From: an uncultured delta proteobacterium
GTDB lineage: Bacteria; Desulfobacterota; Binatia; UBA9968
Direction of reading: 5' to 3'
DNA: 64,000 nucleotides
Assembly (NCBI GenBank): GCA_963728565.1
Contig: CAVSLC010000009.1
Location: forward strand, 1-64,000
Under the pieces are notes generated by a model. That model saw nothing but the letters and a program-made list of their open reading frames with translations. It was not told the origin of the DNA and did not search any database. Made by a program: the position numbers and the translations under genes. Positions 41,498 to 52,668 of the stretch are shown here, one piece after another; within the stretch, counting starts at the first letter, position 1; every line of letters starts with the position of its first letter.

Positions 41498-43286
41498 AGT
41501 ATCCGTTGTCCGGCAAAGCCTTCGGCCTCGTTTCGATCGCGTTGTCCCCCGCAATGCTTGTTGCCGGCGTTTTCGGGCAAGAACAAATTGACAGAGCTGA
41601 ATCGCAACTGACCCTGCGGAAGTTCGCCGAGACGCGCGAGTACAAAGGAGCTATGGTCGAAGGGGAAAATCGCCGGATCGGTCCCGGCGACTCGCTGTGG
41701 CGAATCCTGATTCAAGAGCGAGGACTGACCCAACGAAAATTCAGCCAGTATGTCGTTGTCGTTCAGGGCCTAAACCCTCAGATGAAAAGCGCGAGCGTGC
41801 TCAAGGTCGGCGATACTGTCTTTATCCCCATGCGGCCGGACGAAGTTCTTGTTGCGCCGTCAACGGTTGCCGCCGGTGGGAAGGCATCGAACGAGTCCCA
41901 CGGCAATCGCTTGACAACTGATTATTAGGGTGAAACGGGGCAATCATCTGTATCAAATACTGCGCGAGCAGTTAAAAATTACCGACGAGAAGGAATTGGC
42001 GACGTACTACGCGCTGGTTAAAGACCTGAACCCACAGCGTAAGGAATGGGATGTCTTGCAGGAAGGGGAGGTTATCCAGCTTCCTGCGGAGAAAACCGGA
42101 GCCGTGGTGTCGCAGAACGCATCATCGTTGGCGCCGGGAACGGAAAAGTTGGCGCCAATCGTACGAGCCCATCGCACCACCCCAGAATGCAACTGCTGTG
42201 CGCGCGCCGCTGCCTTTGGATCATGCGCGGCGACTTCTTGCGCAAGAAAACCTGCCGTTATTGGCACAAGTGCTGAATACGGTTGGGATCGAAGTTGAGA
42301 GTGATGGGGACGAGGTGTTCCCTCTACCGAACGGCACGGTTCGGTTGGATAAAGCTTCTTACCCGATTGTGTTAAACCGTAAGCTGCAGCAAAGAGTAAT
42401 TCTCGATACACGCGAGCGATTGCCAGCATCATTGCGCAAGAGTTTTGAGTCTCCGGATGCCGGTACATCGGTGTTCTCTCTCGCCACGGGCGCCAACCTT
42501 CAGGAGACGGTGAGTCAATTATTATCGCGCCTAGGGTACCAGGCATTGCCAAGTGATCGGCCGATCAGCATTCAGCAGGGCGATGTTGCGTTCGAAGCGA
42601 TGGGAACATGGATTGCCGCTGCTCCGGAAGAGAGCGGCAAAGCTCAGGAGATATTCATCATCACGGTCACTGATCAAGCAGATGAAGTTCCCGAATACCT
42701 GCGAGACCAATTGTCGGCAAAAGGGGTTCATCTGAAGGAGGTCGTCTTGGCCTCTTCTTCTCAACCGCAAACAACCACGAAAGAGACGACGAGATTAACT
42801 GGAGAGGTTAAGATTTGGCCCCGAGAAAAGTCCGAGAAAATTGACGCTTTGCTGCTTGCTTATGGAATACCCTTTGGCGTGGCTGAGCCGCAGTCAGTAG
42901 AAATGGGAGAGGGGCTTCGATTTGAAACTCAGACCGATCGCATATTCGAATCCAAAGGGCAACGAATCGGGCTCTTCTTTCACCAAGTCCAACCTGAAAT
43001 CAAGAAAGCCTTGCAACAACGACAAGGGATGAAGGTCGTTGAACTTGATTTATCCTCCATGTCAGCGAAGGAGATAATTACCCGAGTCCTCGGGGAACTG
43101 CGTGATCAGACCGTTTACCGCGAACATAAGTTTTCAGCCGATAGCGGCGCCAAAGATCGAGTTAACATAAGCACGGCAGGATTTTGGTTGCGCAACCGTT
43201 CCATATTTCTTACCGACCGTCAAATCCCACCATCGTTGCATCGCTTCTTTTTTGAAAAAGGTTTGGATTTAGTTTACTTTGATTAA
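41494..43286 (+). CDS. Exported protein with two LysM-like N-terminal modules; frameshifts near 41925 and 42160
   Basis: IGPGDSLWRIL...LNP...LKVGDTVFIP and VKRGNHLYQIL...LNP...LQEGEVIQLP; overlaps the cysS stop. Confidence 0.65.
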
Positions 43287-43301
43287 TCCTGACGGTTAAA
43301 T

Positions 43302-43378
43302 GCGCCCGTAGCTCAACTGGACAGAGCATCAGACTTCGGATCTGAGGGTTGGGGGTTCAAATCCCTCCGGGCGCGCCA
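43302..43378 (+). tRNA. tRNA-Arg, anticodon UCG
   Basis: Acceptor GCGCCCG/CGGGCGC, D arm, anticodon arm TCAGA-CTTCGGA-TCTGA, GTTCAAATC T loop, encoded CCA. Confidence 0.95.
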
Positions 43379-43416
43379 TTGTTGTCAAAAACTACTTTCC
43401 GGAAGTCTAATCTTCT

Positions 43417-43536
43417 TTAGAGTTGTCTCCCTGGTGGTTCCAATCCTTTCTCTGGCGGTGCCGGTAGCGCGTCGTCCAGCGTATTGACGATTGCCGTCCT
43501 GTACCCCAAGTGCCTATGATAGCCGTCCACTGTCAT
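43417..43536 (-). pseudogene. Possible C-terminal remnant of a tyrosine integrase (also at 59174-59293)
   Basis: MTVDGYHRHLGYRTAIVNTLDD resembles the T-V-D-x-Y...V-x-x-L-D tail of tyrosine recombinases; adjacent to att and pointing toward it. Confidence 0.3.
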
Positions 43537-44005
43537 GTTAGTTTAGTTGCGGTCTTCCTGATCCTTCGCATGGTTCAACCCGGATTCCGCACTTGCGATT
43601 GACAGAATCCTTTCGCAGCGAAGTCGATGGGTTTCTACCTCTGAGCAGACATCGCTCAGCGGTGCTTCGAGCGGGATGTTTAAGCCTTATAGCAAGGACG
43701 TGCGAGAGCGCAAAACCACTTTGAAACTTCACAGTCGGACGCGTTTGCTGCTCCATGATTTACCTCGCTTCCGGCATTTTAGTTCAAGGCTCGTCCGTTG
43801 TGCGCCCCAGTCGGCTGCAGAACTCGCCCTACTTCGTCTTGAATAGCTCACCGTGATTCGCGAAACCTCGATGATCGAAGCGCTGAGCCCTTCCAATAAA
43901 CAGCTCCAAGCGACTCACACCGTGACATAAACATCGGGTGAGCTGCCAAACATTAGTGAGCTTGTACTGACTGGAAGTGCAAGTTTTGCGGCTTCGGTGT
44001 GACAA

Positions 44006-44389
44006 TTAAGGTTTGACGAGCCTCCCAGAGATGTCCACGAAAATTCGAGCGGCCGCGTTCCCATTGTGTCGGGCTGCAGTCACTATAATTTGGCTATCTG
44101 GGTCTGCATAAAGCAATACCCGTTGACCTCCAAATCTTCTAGCTGGAAAAGCAGGATCTGAAATAGTCGAGGTTCCGCTTGTGACGATTGGGTAAATACC
44201 TGGGACGGAGTTCGTGTAAACTTCAAGCGACACAAAAACAGTTTGATTCTGCTGCACAAAACCGTTTACGCCGACAAACTCCACAACAAACAGCCTATCC
44301 TTAGCTATCTTCGGTAACTGAATGTCTTTTGTCTCTTCGCCGTTTGCAAGGTTTATAACTCCGCCTACGTGAAACGGCTTTCCACTCAT
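44006..44389 (-). CDS. Hypothetical 127-aa beta-rich protein
   Basis: RBS AGGAGAG; protein-like composition; second copy in the repeat. Confidence 0.6.
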   Translation of the reverse strand: MSGKPFHVGGVINLANGEETKDIQLPKIAKDRLFVVEFVGVNGFVQQNQTVFVSLEVYTNSVPGIYPIVTSGTSTISDPAFPARRFGGQRVLLYADPDSQIIVTAARHNGNAAARIFVDISGRLVKP

Positions 44390-44604
44390 TGTTGTTCTCT
44401 CCTAATTTATTCAGTGATGATATATGACGCGGCGTGACTCCGGCAAGCTAAGGCCGTAGAGCTGCACGCTGGGTGCTGCCCCTTGATTCACCCGTAACGG
44501 TTGTGCTAATAACCGCGCCCTCGCTGCGCAGCGACAGCGTTGCGCCCACCTTTGAGAAGCTATCAAAGGGCGCTGCGCCGGCGAGGCCCAAGGAAGGGGC
44601 ATCA

Positions 44605-44694
44605 TTGTTTGACGGACGGCTAGTTGTTTCCATCGTGATCGGAGCGGCTCTTGGAGTTTTTATCTCGCTGTCGCTGACGTGGCTCATACAGTAG
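44605..44694 (+). CDS. Putative 29-aa single-TM peptide
   Basis: RBS-like AAGGAAGGGG, TTG start, FDGRLVVSIVIGAALGVFISLSLTWLIQ. Confidence 0.3.
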   Translation: MFDGRLVVSIVIGAALGVFISLSLTWLIQ

Positions 44695-44757
44695 CGGTTG
44701 CACGGCAGGGGCCGGGTATGTTCCTCCCACCTCCTTCCGTGCTCACCTAAGTCCATC

Positions 44758-45581
44758 ATGCCCCCACCTGGTACTGGCGTCTTGTCGTTTGGGCTAGTGG
44801 CGATCCCCGTCCGGATTCATACCGCGACGAAAAGCGAAAACGTCTCATTTCACCTACTGCATAAGAAATGCGGCTCACGAGTCCGCAATCAGCACTATTG
44901 CCCAGTGTGTAAGATCCTTGTAGAGCGCGAGGGTCTCGTGCGCGGCTTCCAGCACGCTAAAGATCAGTACGTACCCATCACCGAAGAGGAACTCGAAAGC
45001 CTTGAGGCCGAACCCAACGAAGCATCGATCTCAAAGAGTTCATCCCGCTTGCCAGCGTTGATCCGGTCTATTTTGAAAACACCCACTATCTGGGCGCAGA
45101 TAAAGGCGGCGAGAAGCCGTATCGGCTGCTTGCAGATGCAATGGCAAAGAGCGGTCGTGTCGCTGTCGCTGAGCTAGTCAGTCGTGGCAAAGAGCAGCTT
45201 GTATTAATCCGGCGATACCGCAAAGGCTTGGTGCTTCACACGATGTACTACGGTGACGAAGTGCGAGATTTCAAACAGGTGCCGAAAGGCGAGAATGTGA
45301 AGGTTTCGGAAAAGGAGCTAGAGCTTGGCGTCGACCTGATCGACCGGCTCACATCGGAAGAGTTCCAGCCGGAGAATTACAAAGACGAGTATCGCATTCG
45401 CGTGCTCGGCATGCTCGATGAGAAGAGCAAAGGTAAGGAAATCGTAATGGACAAAGCGCCAGCGCCAAAGCACGGCCAAGTGATCGACATCATGGAAGCC
45501 CTAGAGCGCAGCATGGAGAGAGTCCCGGCCAAAAAGAAACCCGCCACAACTCCGGCCGCTAAGAAGAAAACAAGAGCATAG
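44758..45581 (+). pseudogene. ku: NHEJ Ku protein, frameshifted near 45015
   Basis: SFGLVAIPV, FHLLHKKCGSRV, RGKEQLVLIR, YKDEY, VIDIMEALERS, Lys/Ala-rich tail. Confidence 0.85.
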
Positions 45582-45628
45582 TCCCAGCGCGTTCCAGGTG
45601 GCGCGACGTGGTTGTCAGCAGGTAATCG

Positions 45629-46003
45629 GTGCGAGTTCTCGAAGCTCTCAAAATATTAGAAGCCGCAACGATCGAGTGTAAAAAGCGCGATATTAACACT
45701 CCCGACGTACGAACAGCTCTTGACGTTCTCCAGCCCTATTGCCAGCCTGAATGGGTGGTCGCCGGATTCCGAAATCACCTACGACCGTATGACAAACGTT
45801 CTGACCGTGAAGGGCAGCAGCAGGTTCTACGGGTTTACTTCGGCGGCATCTACCGCAACGTCAGACAGCTCCTCTTGACCGAAATCAAACGGTTTAGTCA
45901 CCGTTACGAGAAAACAACAGACGCGAAGATTAAACGGCAATTAGATCAACTGAAAACCGAATTGATTCAACTACCTGAACAGTGCGATTTCAGAGACCGA
46001 TAG
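45629..46003 (+). CDS. Hypothetical helical protein
   Basis: 124-aa ORF; its C-terminal half is repeated at about 48030-48235. Confidence 0.55.
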   Translation: MRVLEALKILEAATIECKKRDINTPDVRTALDVLQPYCQPEWVVAGFRNHLRPYDKRSDREGQQQVLRVYFGGIYRNVRQLLLTEIKRFSHRYEKTTDAKIKRQLDQLKTELIQLPEQCDFRDR

Positions 46004-46015
46004 TGATTGGCGCTG

Positions 46016-46098
46016 ACGCCCGATGGGCATCTAAGGCATTCAAGGTTCCGCACGGGCTGAGAGATGAGAAAAACGCGTATCGCGTGGTTCGGCAGTAA
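46016..46098 (+). pseudogene. ligD: C-terminal remnant of LigD ATP-dependent DNA ligase
   Basis: TPDGHLRHSRF then (shifted frame) GLRDEKNAYRVVRQ-stop = ligase motif VI region; lies next to ku. Confidence 0.6.
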
Positions 46099-46106
46099 TT
46101 TACGCC

Positions 46107-46487
46107 TCAGCGATCAGGCGATGAAGACTGTTTCTTGCGCTCTATGGCCTCACTGCAACATGCAACTAGCAGTTCACAAAAGCGCTTGCCTGTTGTCTTA
46201 CCGCTGGCGGAGAATTGACTTCCCATACAACCGAAGATTAACCGCGCTGCATCAAGTTCGCTGATCGAATACTGTTTGAGGTCTGGGTCCCTCGCCTCAC
46301 TACCGGGGATAATCCGAAGTTTCCCGGAGCGAATGGCGGCCTGCTCATGCAACGAGCGCAGCCAATACGCGCAAATCTCATTATCGCTAGATTGCACCAG
46401 CGCCCGGCGTAGTGCTTCAAGCTCTTCATCGTCAAGCCAAGCGAGATTGAAAACGTCAGGATCAATTTTTTTGAATCGTTGTTTCAT
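46107..46487 (-). CDS. Hypothetical protein
   Basis: 126-aa ATG-initiated ORF; no recognisable motif. Confidence 0.45.
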   Translation of the reverse strand: MKQRFKKIDPDVFNLAWLDDEELEALRRALVQSSDNEICAYWLRSLHEQAAIRSGKLRIIPGSEARDPDLKQYSISELDAARLIFGCMGSQFSASGKTTGKRFCELLVACCSEAIERKKQSSSPDR

Positions 46488-47164
46488 AACAGCGATGCAG
46501 ACTTCATTCTCGTCTTCTCCTTCCCGCCGCTATGCGAGACAACAGCATTTACTAAACGATCCAGGGCAACAGCAGAGTGGTTAGTAACAAGCAGACCAAA
46601 AGAATCGCCATACAAACATCCTCACGGGAGAGGTCGGCTAACCTCTGGACACGAACAACTGCGCTGTCTAACCAAGACCATCCGCGACTCCACGCTCCGG
46701 CGCCGACGATGGGACGCCGTCTTCGTGGCGCAAAAGGCTCCTTGATGATTCTGGTCACGCGATTACTCCTACGAACATCCTGCGCAGAGATTCAAAGACT
46801 CACCACATCTCTCCTTAGGTAGGTTCATTAAAGCATGGAGCATACCCGGGGCGGTTGTTAATGTTTGTCCAGCGGCGTTCCATCTCTTTACCGAAACCAC
46901 TGACAGCTAAACCCGATGCGTAAGATGGCTTTACGGTAACAGGCAAAGTTGCCGTTGAGGATCGAAAGGCAGAACTCCCGCACCCGGTCCCAATTTCTCC
47001 AAAGTTATCGGCTGTCCGATCAAAAGTCAGGGGTCCGACGCTTGCTCAGTCGCCTACTAGCCGGGCGAAGAGGCGCAACTCGTAACGACACCACAGACTC
47101 TCTTCGTTCCCGGCGCCATTCTCTTTGTCCAGTAGGTCGATGATGATTCGACAAAGATAGGCCA

Positions 47165-47542
47165 ATGAAAATCTTAATCGTGGAAGATAACCCGGATATG
47201 CGCGCCCTATTAGCGCTCAGATTACAGCTAACCGGCTATATTCCGATTCTCGCAAGCCACGGTAAAGAGGGCGTAGAGAAGGCTAACGCAGAGAAGCCGG
47301 ACTTGATCTTGATGGATATGATGATGCCAGTAATGGACGGCTGGGAAGCGGCGAGAATACTGCGCGCCTCTCGCGAAACGAAAGACATACCCATCTTGGC
47401 AACAACCGCAGTCTTTCGTTCTGAGGATCTCAAGGCATGTTTGGACGCGGGCCGTAACGGCTACCTGGTCAAGCCGTTCAACGGTGTGGATCTCCAGCAC
47501 AAGATCCGAGAAATGTTAGACCCAAAGGAATTATCGGCGTAG
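47165..47542 (+). CDS. Single-domain response regulator (DivK/CheY-like)
   Basis: ILIVEDN, PDLILMD, MPVMDG, YLVKPF. Confidence 0.9.
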   Translation: MKILIVEDNPDMRALLALRLQLTGYIPILASHGKEGVEKANAEKPDLILMDMMMPVMDGWEAARILRASRETKDIPILATTAVFRSEDLKACLDAGRNGYLVKPFNGVDLQHKIREMLDPKELSA

Positions 47543-47785
47543 AAAAGATCATTAAATCCATCGGGAGAAACTCATTTGATCAAGGCCCGTAAGATGTGGT
47601 CGACTCGTGTCCAAGACACATTACTCATCTCAGTAGTGGTCATGGGTACACTGGGCCTTTACTTGGTTGCTGCATACTTCATCATCACGGTGCTCTAAGT
47701 AACCCGCAAGCAGTCTTGACTTGTAGCCTACCGCACCGATATATACCCGCCTCTACTGATACGATGGCTATTCACCGGGAGCGTA

Positions 47786-48235
47786 ATGCAGGCTGCTTCT
47801 CTTGCAAAAGGACGTGGACGCAGAAGATGTCGTGATGGGGCTGAAGGCACTGACTTCGTTCGTTGCCGTATCTGCGGCAAACACCTGCGCGTAATCAGTG
47901 GCCGACACCTCTCGACACATGGGACTAACCGTGAAACCTACATCAAGGAGTACCGGCTCAGTCCTGACAAGCTCTGCTCCAAATCATTCCGCATAAATCA
48001 CAGTTCCCGGCGTGACTACCATAACGGTCCTGAGCGTGAAGGGCAACAGCAAGTCTTACGGGTGTACTTCGGCGGCATCTATGACAACGTCAGACAGCTC
48101 CTCTCGGCGCAAATTAAGCGGCTCAACCACACCGGTACTTAGAAAACCAAAGACGCGGTAGCGAAACAGGAACAGGATCGGCTGAGAACTGAATTGGAGC
48201 AGTTACCGGAACGGTGGGATTTCACACCACGATAA
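47786..48235 (+). pseudogene. Chimera: Ros/MucR-like zinc finger fused to a copy of the 45629 C-terminus; frameshift near 48140
   Basis: CRICGKHLRVISGRHLSTHG...YIKEYRL; then REGQQQVLRVYFGGIY identical to the 45629 protein. Confidence 0.55.
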
Positions 48236-48258
48236 CTGCGCCATCTGACCTAATTTTA

Positions 48259-48469
48259 TGATGCTACCGGAAGCGGAGCTTTGGACCGAAGTCATTGTCC
48301 TCTCCTTGCGAGATCTCACCAACCCTACGACCCCGGATATCTGTCACGTGACGCTCAAGAGTGGCTTTCGTCGGACAGCCACGACATCGGCAGCTTCATC
48401 TGGGTTTGCGGGCTGATAGACGTCGAACCAGGGCTTTATCAGGTGGCGTTAGCTAAGCGAAAGCATTAA
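48259..48469 (+). pseudogene. Small hypothetical protein, frameshifted
   Basis: MLPEAELWTEVI...RDAQEWLSSDSHDIGSFIWVCGLIDVEP split across frames. Confidence 0.35.
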
Positions 48470-48561
48470 GTGGTTGTGAGTCGACTTCGAAGAGCTGCCG
48501 GTTGATCCGAATTCTCGGATTTTTGCCCCGAGTTCTGCAAGAGAGAATGGTTTTATAATGT

Positions 48562-48726
48562 AGCTGTGACAGCCAGCCTCAAACATTCATCGATGTCTGA
48601 CTGCTGTGACATCCCGGTTGCTGCGATGATTGGGATATCTTTCGTCCTGGGGTTAGCGTGCAGCAGTCGTGTTGTTTCAAAACCATCCATGCCCGGAATC
48701 ATGAAGTCCATCAGGATTACATCCGG
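48562..48726 (-). pseudogene. Response-regulator receiver fragment
   Basis: Minus strand PDVILMDFMIPGMDGFETTRLLHANPRTKDIPIIAATG; no start and no C-terminus. Confidence 0.7.
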
Positions 48727-48921
48727 TCACCAAAGAAGATCTAAAAGGAATAGCAGGACAAATAAAGGCACCTGAAAACGTTTGCTTCCGGAGCTGCTCG
48801 GAGCTGACACACCTTGCGTGATGAACCGGGTTTAGCATGATGTATCTAATCTTCAGAGCAGCCCCGACAATTTATCTTTAGAAGCACTGCGTGATCGTCT
48901 ACTCAAACCATAAAGTTCTTG

Positions 48922-51411
48922 TTAATTTGCCGGCAGAGGGGACGGCACGGTAAAACTGCTGCCGGTAGAGAAACTTACCCACACGTCTCCACTTCGCAGT
49001 GTGTCGAAGTACAGAGCATCAGCCTTTCCATCGCCGTTGACATCGACATACTGGATCTGATTGGGCATAGACTCTCCATGCTGTAGCCACATCTGCGGAA
49101 CTGTAAAACCATTTCCAGTCGATAGGCTTACCCACACACCATTACTGCGCAATGTGTCGAAGTAGAGCGCATCGGCCTTTCCATCGCCGTTGACATCGAC
49201 ATACTGGATCTGATTGGGCATAGACTCTCCATGCTGTAGCCACATCTGCGGAACTGTAAAACCATTTCCAGTCGATAGGCTTACCCACACACCATTACTG
49301 CGCAATGTGTCGAAGTAGAGCGCGTCGGCCTTTCCATCACCGTTCACGTCTGCATATTGGATCTGATTCGGCGTTGACTCACCATGCTGCAGCCACATCT
49401 GGGGGGCAGTAAAAAAACTGCCGGTCGAAAGGCTCACCCACACACCGCCGCTTCGCAACGTATCGAAGTAGAGAGCATCAGCCTTTCCATCGCCGTTCAC
49501 GTCTCCATACTGGACTTGATTCGGCGTTGACTCACCATGCTGCAGCCACATCTCCGGAGCGGTAAAGCCACTCCCATTTGATAGGCTCACCCACACTCGG
49601 CCACTGCCCAGTGTTTCGAAGTAGAGAGCATCAGTCTTTCCATCGCCGTTCACGTCTGCATACTGGATTTGATTCGGCGTTGACTCACCATGCTGCAGCC
49701 ACATCTGGGGGGCAGTAAAGCCACTCCCTGACGATAGACTTACCCACACACCATTACTGCGGAAAGTGTCAAAGTAAAGCGCATCAGCCTTTCCGTCGCC
49801 GTTCACATCCGCATACTGAACTTGACCGGGTGATGATTCTCCATGCTGCAGCCAGATCTCTGGAGGAGTGAAATCGCCGGAGTTTGACAAGGCAACCCGC
49901 AGCTCTGAATCCCCTAAGCTCTCGAAGTTGAGATAGTCTGCCCGGCCGTCTCCATTTACGTCGGCAAATTGAAGTTGTGACGGTGCGGCTGGGTTGTCGC
50001 GAGAGAATACCGTCACGGCGTTGCTATTAACTGATGCCACATAGACATTCTGACCGTCTGGGCTCAGTGCCACAGCAAGGGCACCCAAAAGCCCATTGCC
50101 GTCAATACAGAGTCCTCCGGTGCCCGTCTCGCTCACACAGCCTGCAGTACCGCTCAGCTGGGTTAGCGCACCTGTGGTGGGGTTGCGTGAAAATACCGCC
50201 ACCGCGTCGCTTGTCGCCGAGACCACATAGACGTGCCAACCGTCCGGGCTCACCGTCAAAGTATAGGCGCCGCTAAGCCCAGCGCCGTCAGCACAAGTAA
50301 TCCCGTCACCAGCCTCAGCTATGCAACCCTCAATGCCGCTCAACTGGTTGAGCGCACCTGTATTCGCGTTGCGCGAAAAAATGGCCACCCCATTGCTATC
50401 AATGGAGGCCACATAGACGTGCCGACCGTCCGGGCTCACCTCCAAATAAGTCGGAGTGATAAGCCCTCTGCCATCAGCACAAGTAATCCCGTCACCAGTC
50501 TCAGCTATGCAGCCCGCAATCCCGCTGAGCTGGGTCAACGCACCTGTCGTCGTGTCGCGGAAAAATATCGCTACCGTATGGTTATATTGCGAGGCTACGT
50601 AAACGTGCCTGTTGTCTGGGCTAACCGCTACAAAGCGTGCGCCCAAAAGCCCATTGCCATCAATACAGAGTCCTCCGGTGCCCGTCTCGCTCACACAGCC
50701 TGCAGTACCGCTCAGCTGGGTCAGCGCACCTGTGGTGGGGTTGCGTGAAAATACCACTACCGCATCGCTTACCTCAGAGGCCACATAGACGTTTTTGCCG
50801 TCCGGACTCACCCTCAAAGAAACCGCAGCGCGAAGTCCAGTGCCATCAGCACAAGTAATCCCATCACCGTTCTCAGCTATGCAGCCCGCAGCACCACTCA
50901 GCTGCGTCAATTCCCCGGTCGTCACGTTGCGCGAAAATACCGCTACCGCATTGCTATCATAGGAGGCCACATAGACGTGCCGACCGTCCGGGCTTATCGT
51001 CACGGAAGCGGCAACGCTAAGCGCTCTACCCTGGGCACAAGTAATGCCGTCGCCCATTTCAGAAAAACAGCCCGCGATTCCATTTAACTGAACTATCTGC
51101 CCAGTAATGGTATCGCGCGCGAATGTCGCAACTGCCGAGCTCCAAAAGGATGCTAAATAAACATACTTACCGTCCGGGCTAACCGCCAACGAGCCAGCAC
51201 CCACAAGGCTATTGCCATCGACGCAGGTCCCGCCGGTGCCATCCTCACTGACACAACCTTCGGTACCGGGCCGTTGCATGAGCTCGCCCGTGGTTGCCGC
51301 TTCGTCTGGTGACGGCAATAAAAATCCAAAGACCAACGCGGTCAGTACCATGCGAAACCGCCTGTGCCACCATCCTTTATGCTTTTTCATTGGTTTGTTA
51401 GCGCTCTGCAT
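48922..51411 (-). CDS. Secreted repeat protein: lactonase-type beta-propeller (62-aa Cys-containing blades) plus FG-GAP/VCBS repeats (51 aa)
   Basis: Signal peptide; repeated VSPDGRHVYVAS; repeated YADVNGDGKADALYF. Confidence 0.85.
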   Translation of the reverse strand: MQSANKPMKKHKGWWHRRFRMVLTALVFGFLLPSPDEAATTGELMQRPGTEGCVSEDGTGGTCVDGNSLVGAGSLAVSPDGKYVYLASFWSSAVATFARDTITGQIVQLNGIAGCFSEMGDGITCAQGRALSVAASVTISPDGRHVYVASYDSNAVAVFSRNVTTGELTQLSGAAGCIAENGDGITCADGTGLRAAVSLRVSPDGKNVYVASEVSDAVVVFSRNPTTGALTQLSGTAGCVSETGTGGLCIDGNGLLGARFVAVSPDNRHVYVASQYNHTVAIFFRDTTTGALTQLSGIAGCIAETGDGITCADGRGLITPTYLEVSPDGRHVYVASIDSNGVAIFSRNANTGALNQLSGIEGCIAEAGDGITCADGAGLSGAYTLTVSPDGWHVYVVSATSDAVAVFSRNPTTGALTQLSGTAGCVSETGTGGLCIDGNGLLGALAVALSPDGQNVYVASVNSNAVTVFSRDNPAAPSQLQFADVNGDGRADYLNFESLGDSELRVALSNSGDFTPPEIWLQHGESSPGQVQYADVNGDGKADALYFDTFRSNGVWVSLSSGSGFTAPQMWLQHGESTPNQIQYADVNGDGKTDALYFETLGSGRVWVSLSNGSGFTAPEMWLQHGESTPNQVQYGDVNGDGKADALYFDTLRSGGVWVSLSTGSFFTAPQMWLQHGESTPNQIQYADVNGDGKADALYFDTLRSNGVWVSLSTGNGFTVPQMWLQHGESMPNQIQYVDVNGDGKADALYFDTLRSNGVWVSLSTGNGFTVPQMWLQHGESMPNQIQYVDVNGDGKADALYFDTLRSGDVWVSFSTGSSFTVPSPLPAN

Positions 51412-52266
51412 TCATCCTCCGAATTGTTAAGTTCGAAACTGGCACCATCTCTAGCGCACGGGATAGCCGAAGCTCTGTCGATGATGGAATTTCTGAAGTC
51501 ATTAAAGTTATTGCCGCGGATCCTGTGCTGTAAAACTGCTGCCCATCACGCACTCCGGTCAGCAAAGTGAAAGCCAGCGACTATGAATACCGGAAGCAGC
51601 AGTTGTGGGGACAAGCAGGTAGAAACGATGACAACGACAGAAGGCATCTTTGCCGGTTTGGAATATGCGCGGTCTCGGCGAGGCGATAGTGCCCCGTGGA
51701 GATAACGTGACTTCATCCCGCACTCTCGACACGTGCATCAGCAAAAAAACACTTGAACGCGAAGCGCTGCGCTGAGACGCTTGCGAGAAGTAAATGCTGA
51801 AATTGCCCAGCTTGAGCGCAATATGCGAGAAGGCGAGGCGCGGCTGCCAGCGTAAGAGCGGATGACATTAATGAACGGTCGTAGCGTTCACGGACTTCAC
51901 CAGGAATAGTACCCGCACGTGAAATGTACAAATTAGGGTGGTAATTAACGGAACATGGCCCCGCCGCTGTTGCGGGGCAAATTGCGGCTTTTCGTGCCGG
52001 GCTAAACGAACTCGTTACACGGAAAGCACCGGACTAAAAACTATTAGACAAGCTCCAGTAGACTGCGGTAGAACTCAAGCATCAGCGAAAGCACGTCAGC
52101 CATGCTGTTGAGGCAATCGTGATCCAGTACAAGGGGTAGAGATCCGACGGTGATATCGATCCCGCTGTCATGCCGGGTTGCGATTCGGATGGGTCAGTTT
52201 TGCAAGCCTCGCCGCTAAGGGTCGATCATAGATACCACGTGTATATTGGTGAACCGAGAGGAATCC

Positions 52267-52473
52267 ATGACTACCGAGGTTAAACTTATCGCCAGCGGCG
52301 ACCCGTTAGAACTTCGCGAGTTTGGCGCGACAGTTTCGCTAAGCGGCAATTACGCTCTTGTCGGCGCTCCCAACCATCATAGCCCATACTATGATAACTC
52401 ATCGGGAGCGGCTTACGTCTTTGTGAAGAGTGGTACGAATTGGGTTGAGCAGGCGAAACTCAGCCCCAGTTAG
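52267..52473 (+). pseudogene. FG-GAP repeat fragment
   Basis: FGATVSLSGNYALVGAP...SGAAYVF...WVEQAKL; single repeat then stop. Confidence 0.65.
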
Positions 52474-52668
52474 ACAGCAAGCGCACGCATTGTGCCGAGG
52501 CGTTGGTCGTGTCTGTCTAGTGCTGTTACTCCTTGTTTCATCAAAAGTACCGCGATACAGCTGATAGCATTGTGTATGAGAGTTTTGCAGGCAGATTTGC
52601 CATCGTGAAGCGAGCGCCTAGCGCAATGAGGCTGACACCATCGCTCTCAAGCGGAAGATAGGCGACTA

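Larger units (their letters stand above)
43333..44591 (+). repeat. Long direct repeat, copy 1 (1259 bp)
   Basis: Matches 59090-60427 except about 7 substitutions, a 1-bp indel and a 78-bp insertion. Confidence 0.95.

Noticed and set aside
6420-43286. Frequent frameshifts as programmed frameshifting, phase variation or mass pseudogenisation
   Set aside because: They are single-base indels, mostly in short homopolymers, hit housekeeping genes such as thiI, and come without nonsense codons; typical of long-read consensus error (testable by polishing)
48960-49870. Regular repeats as a CRISPR array
   Set aside because: They are in-frame 153-bp coding repeats without unique spacers; no cas genes
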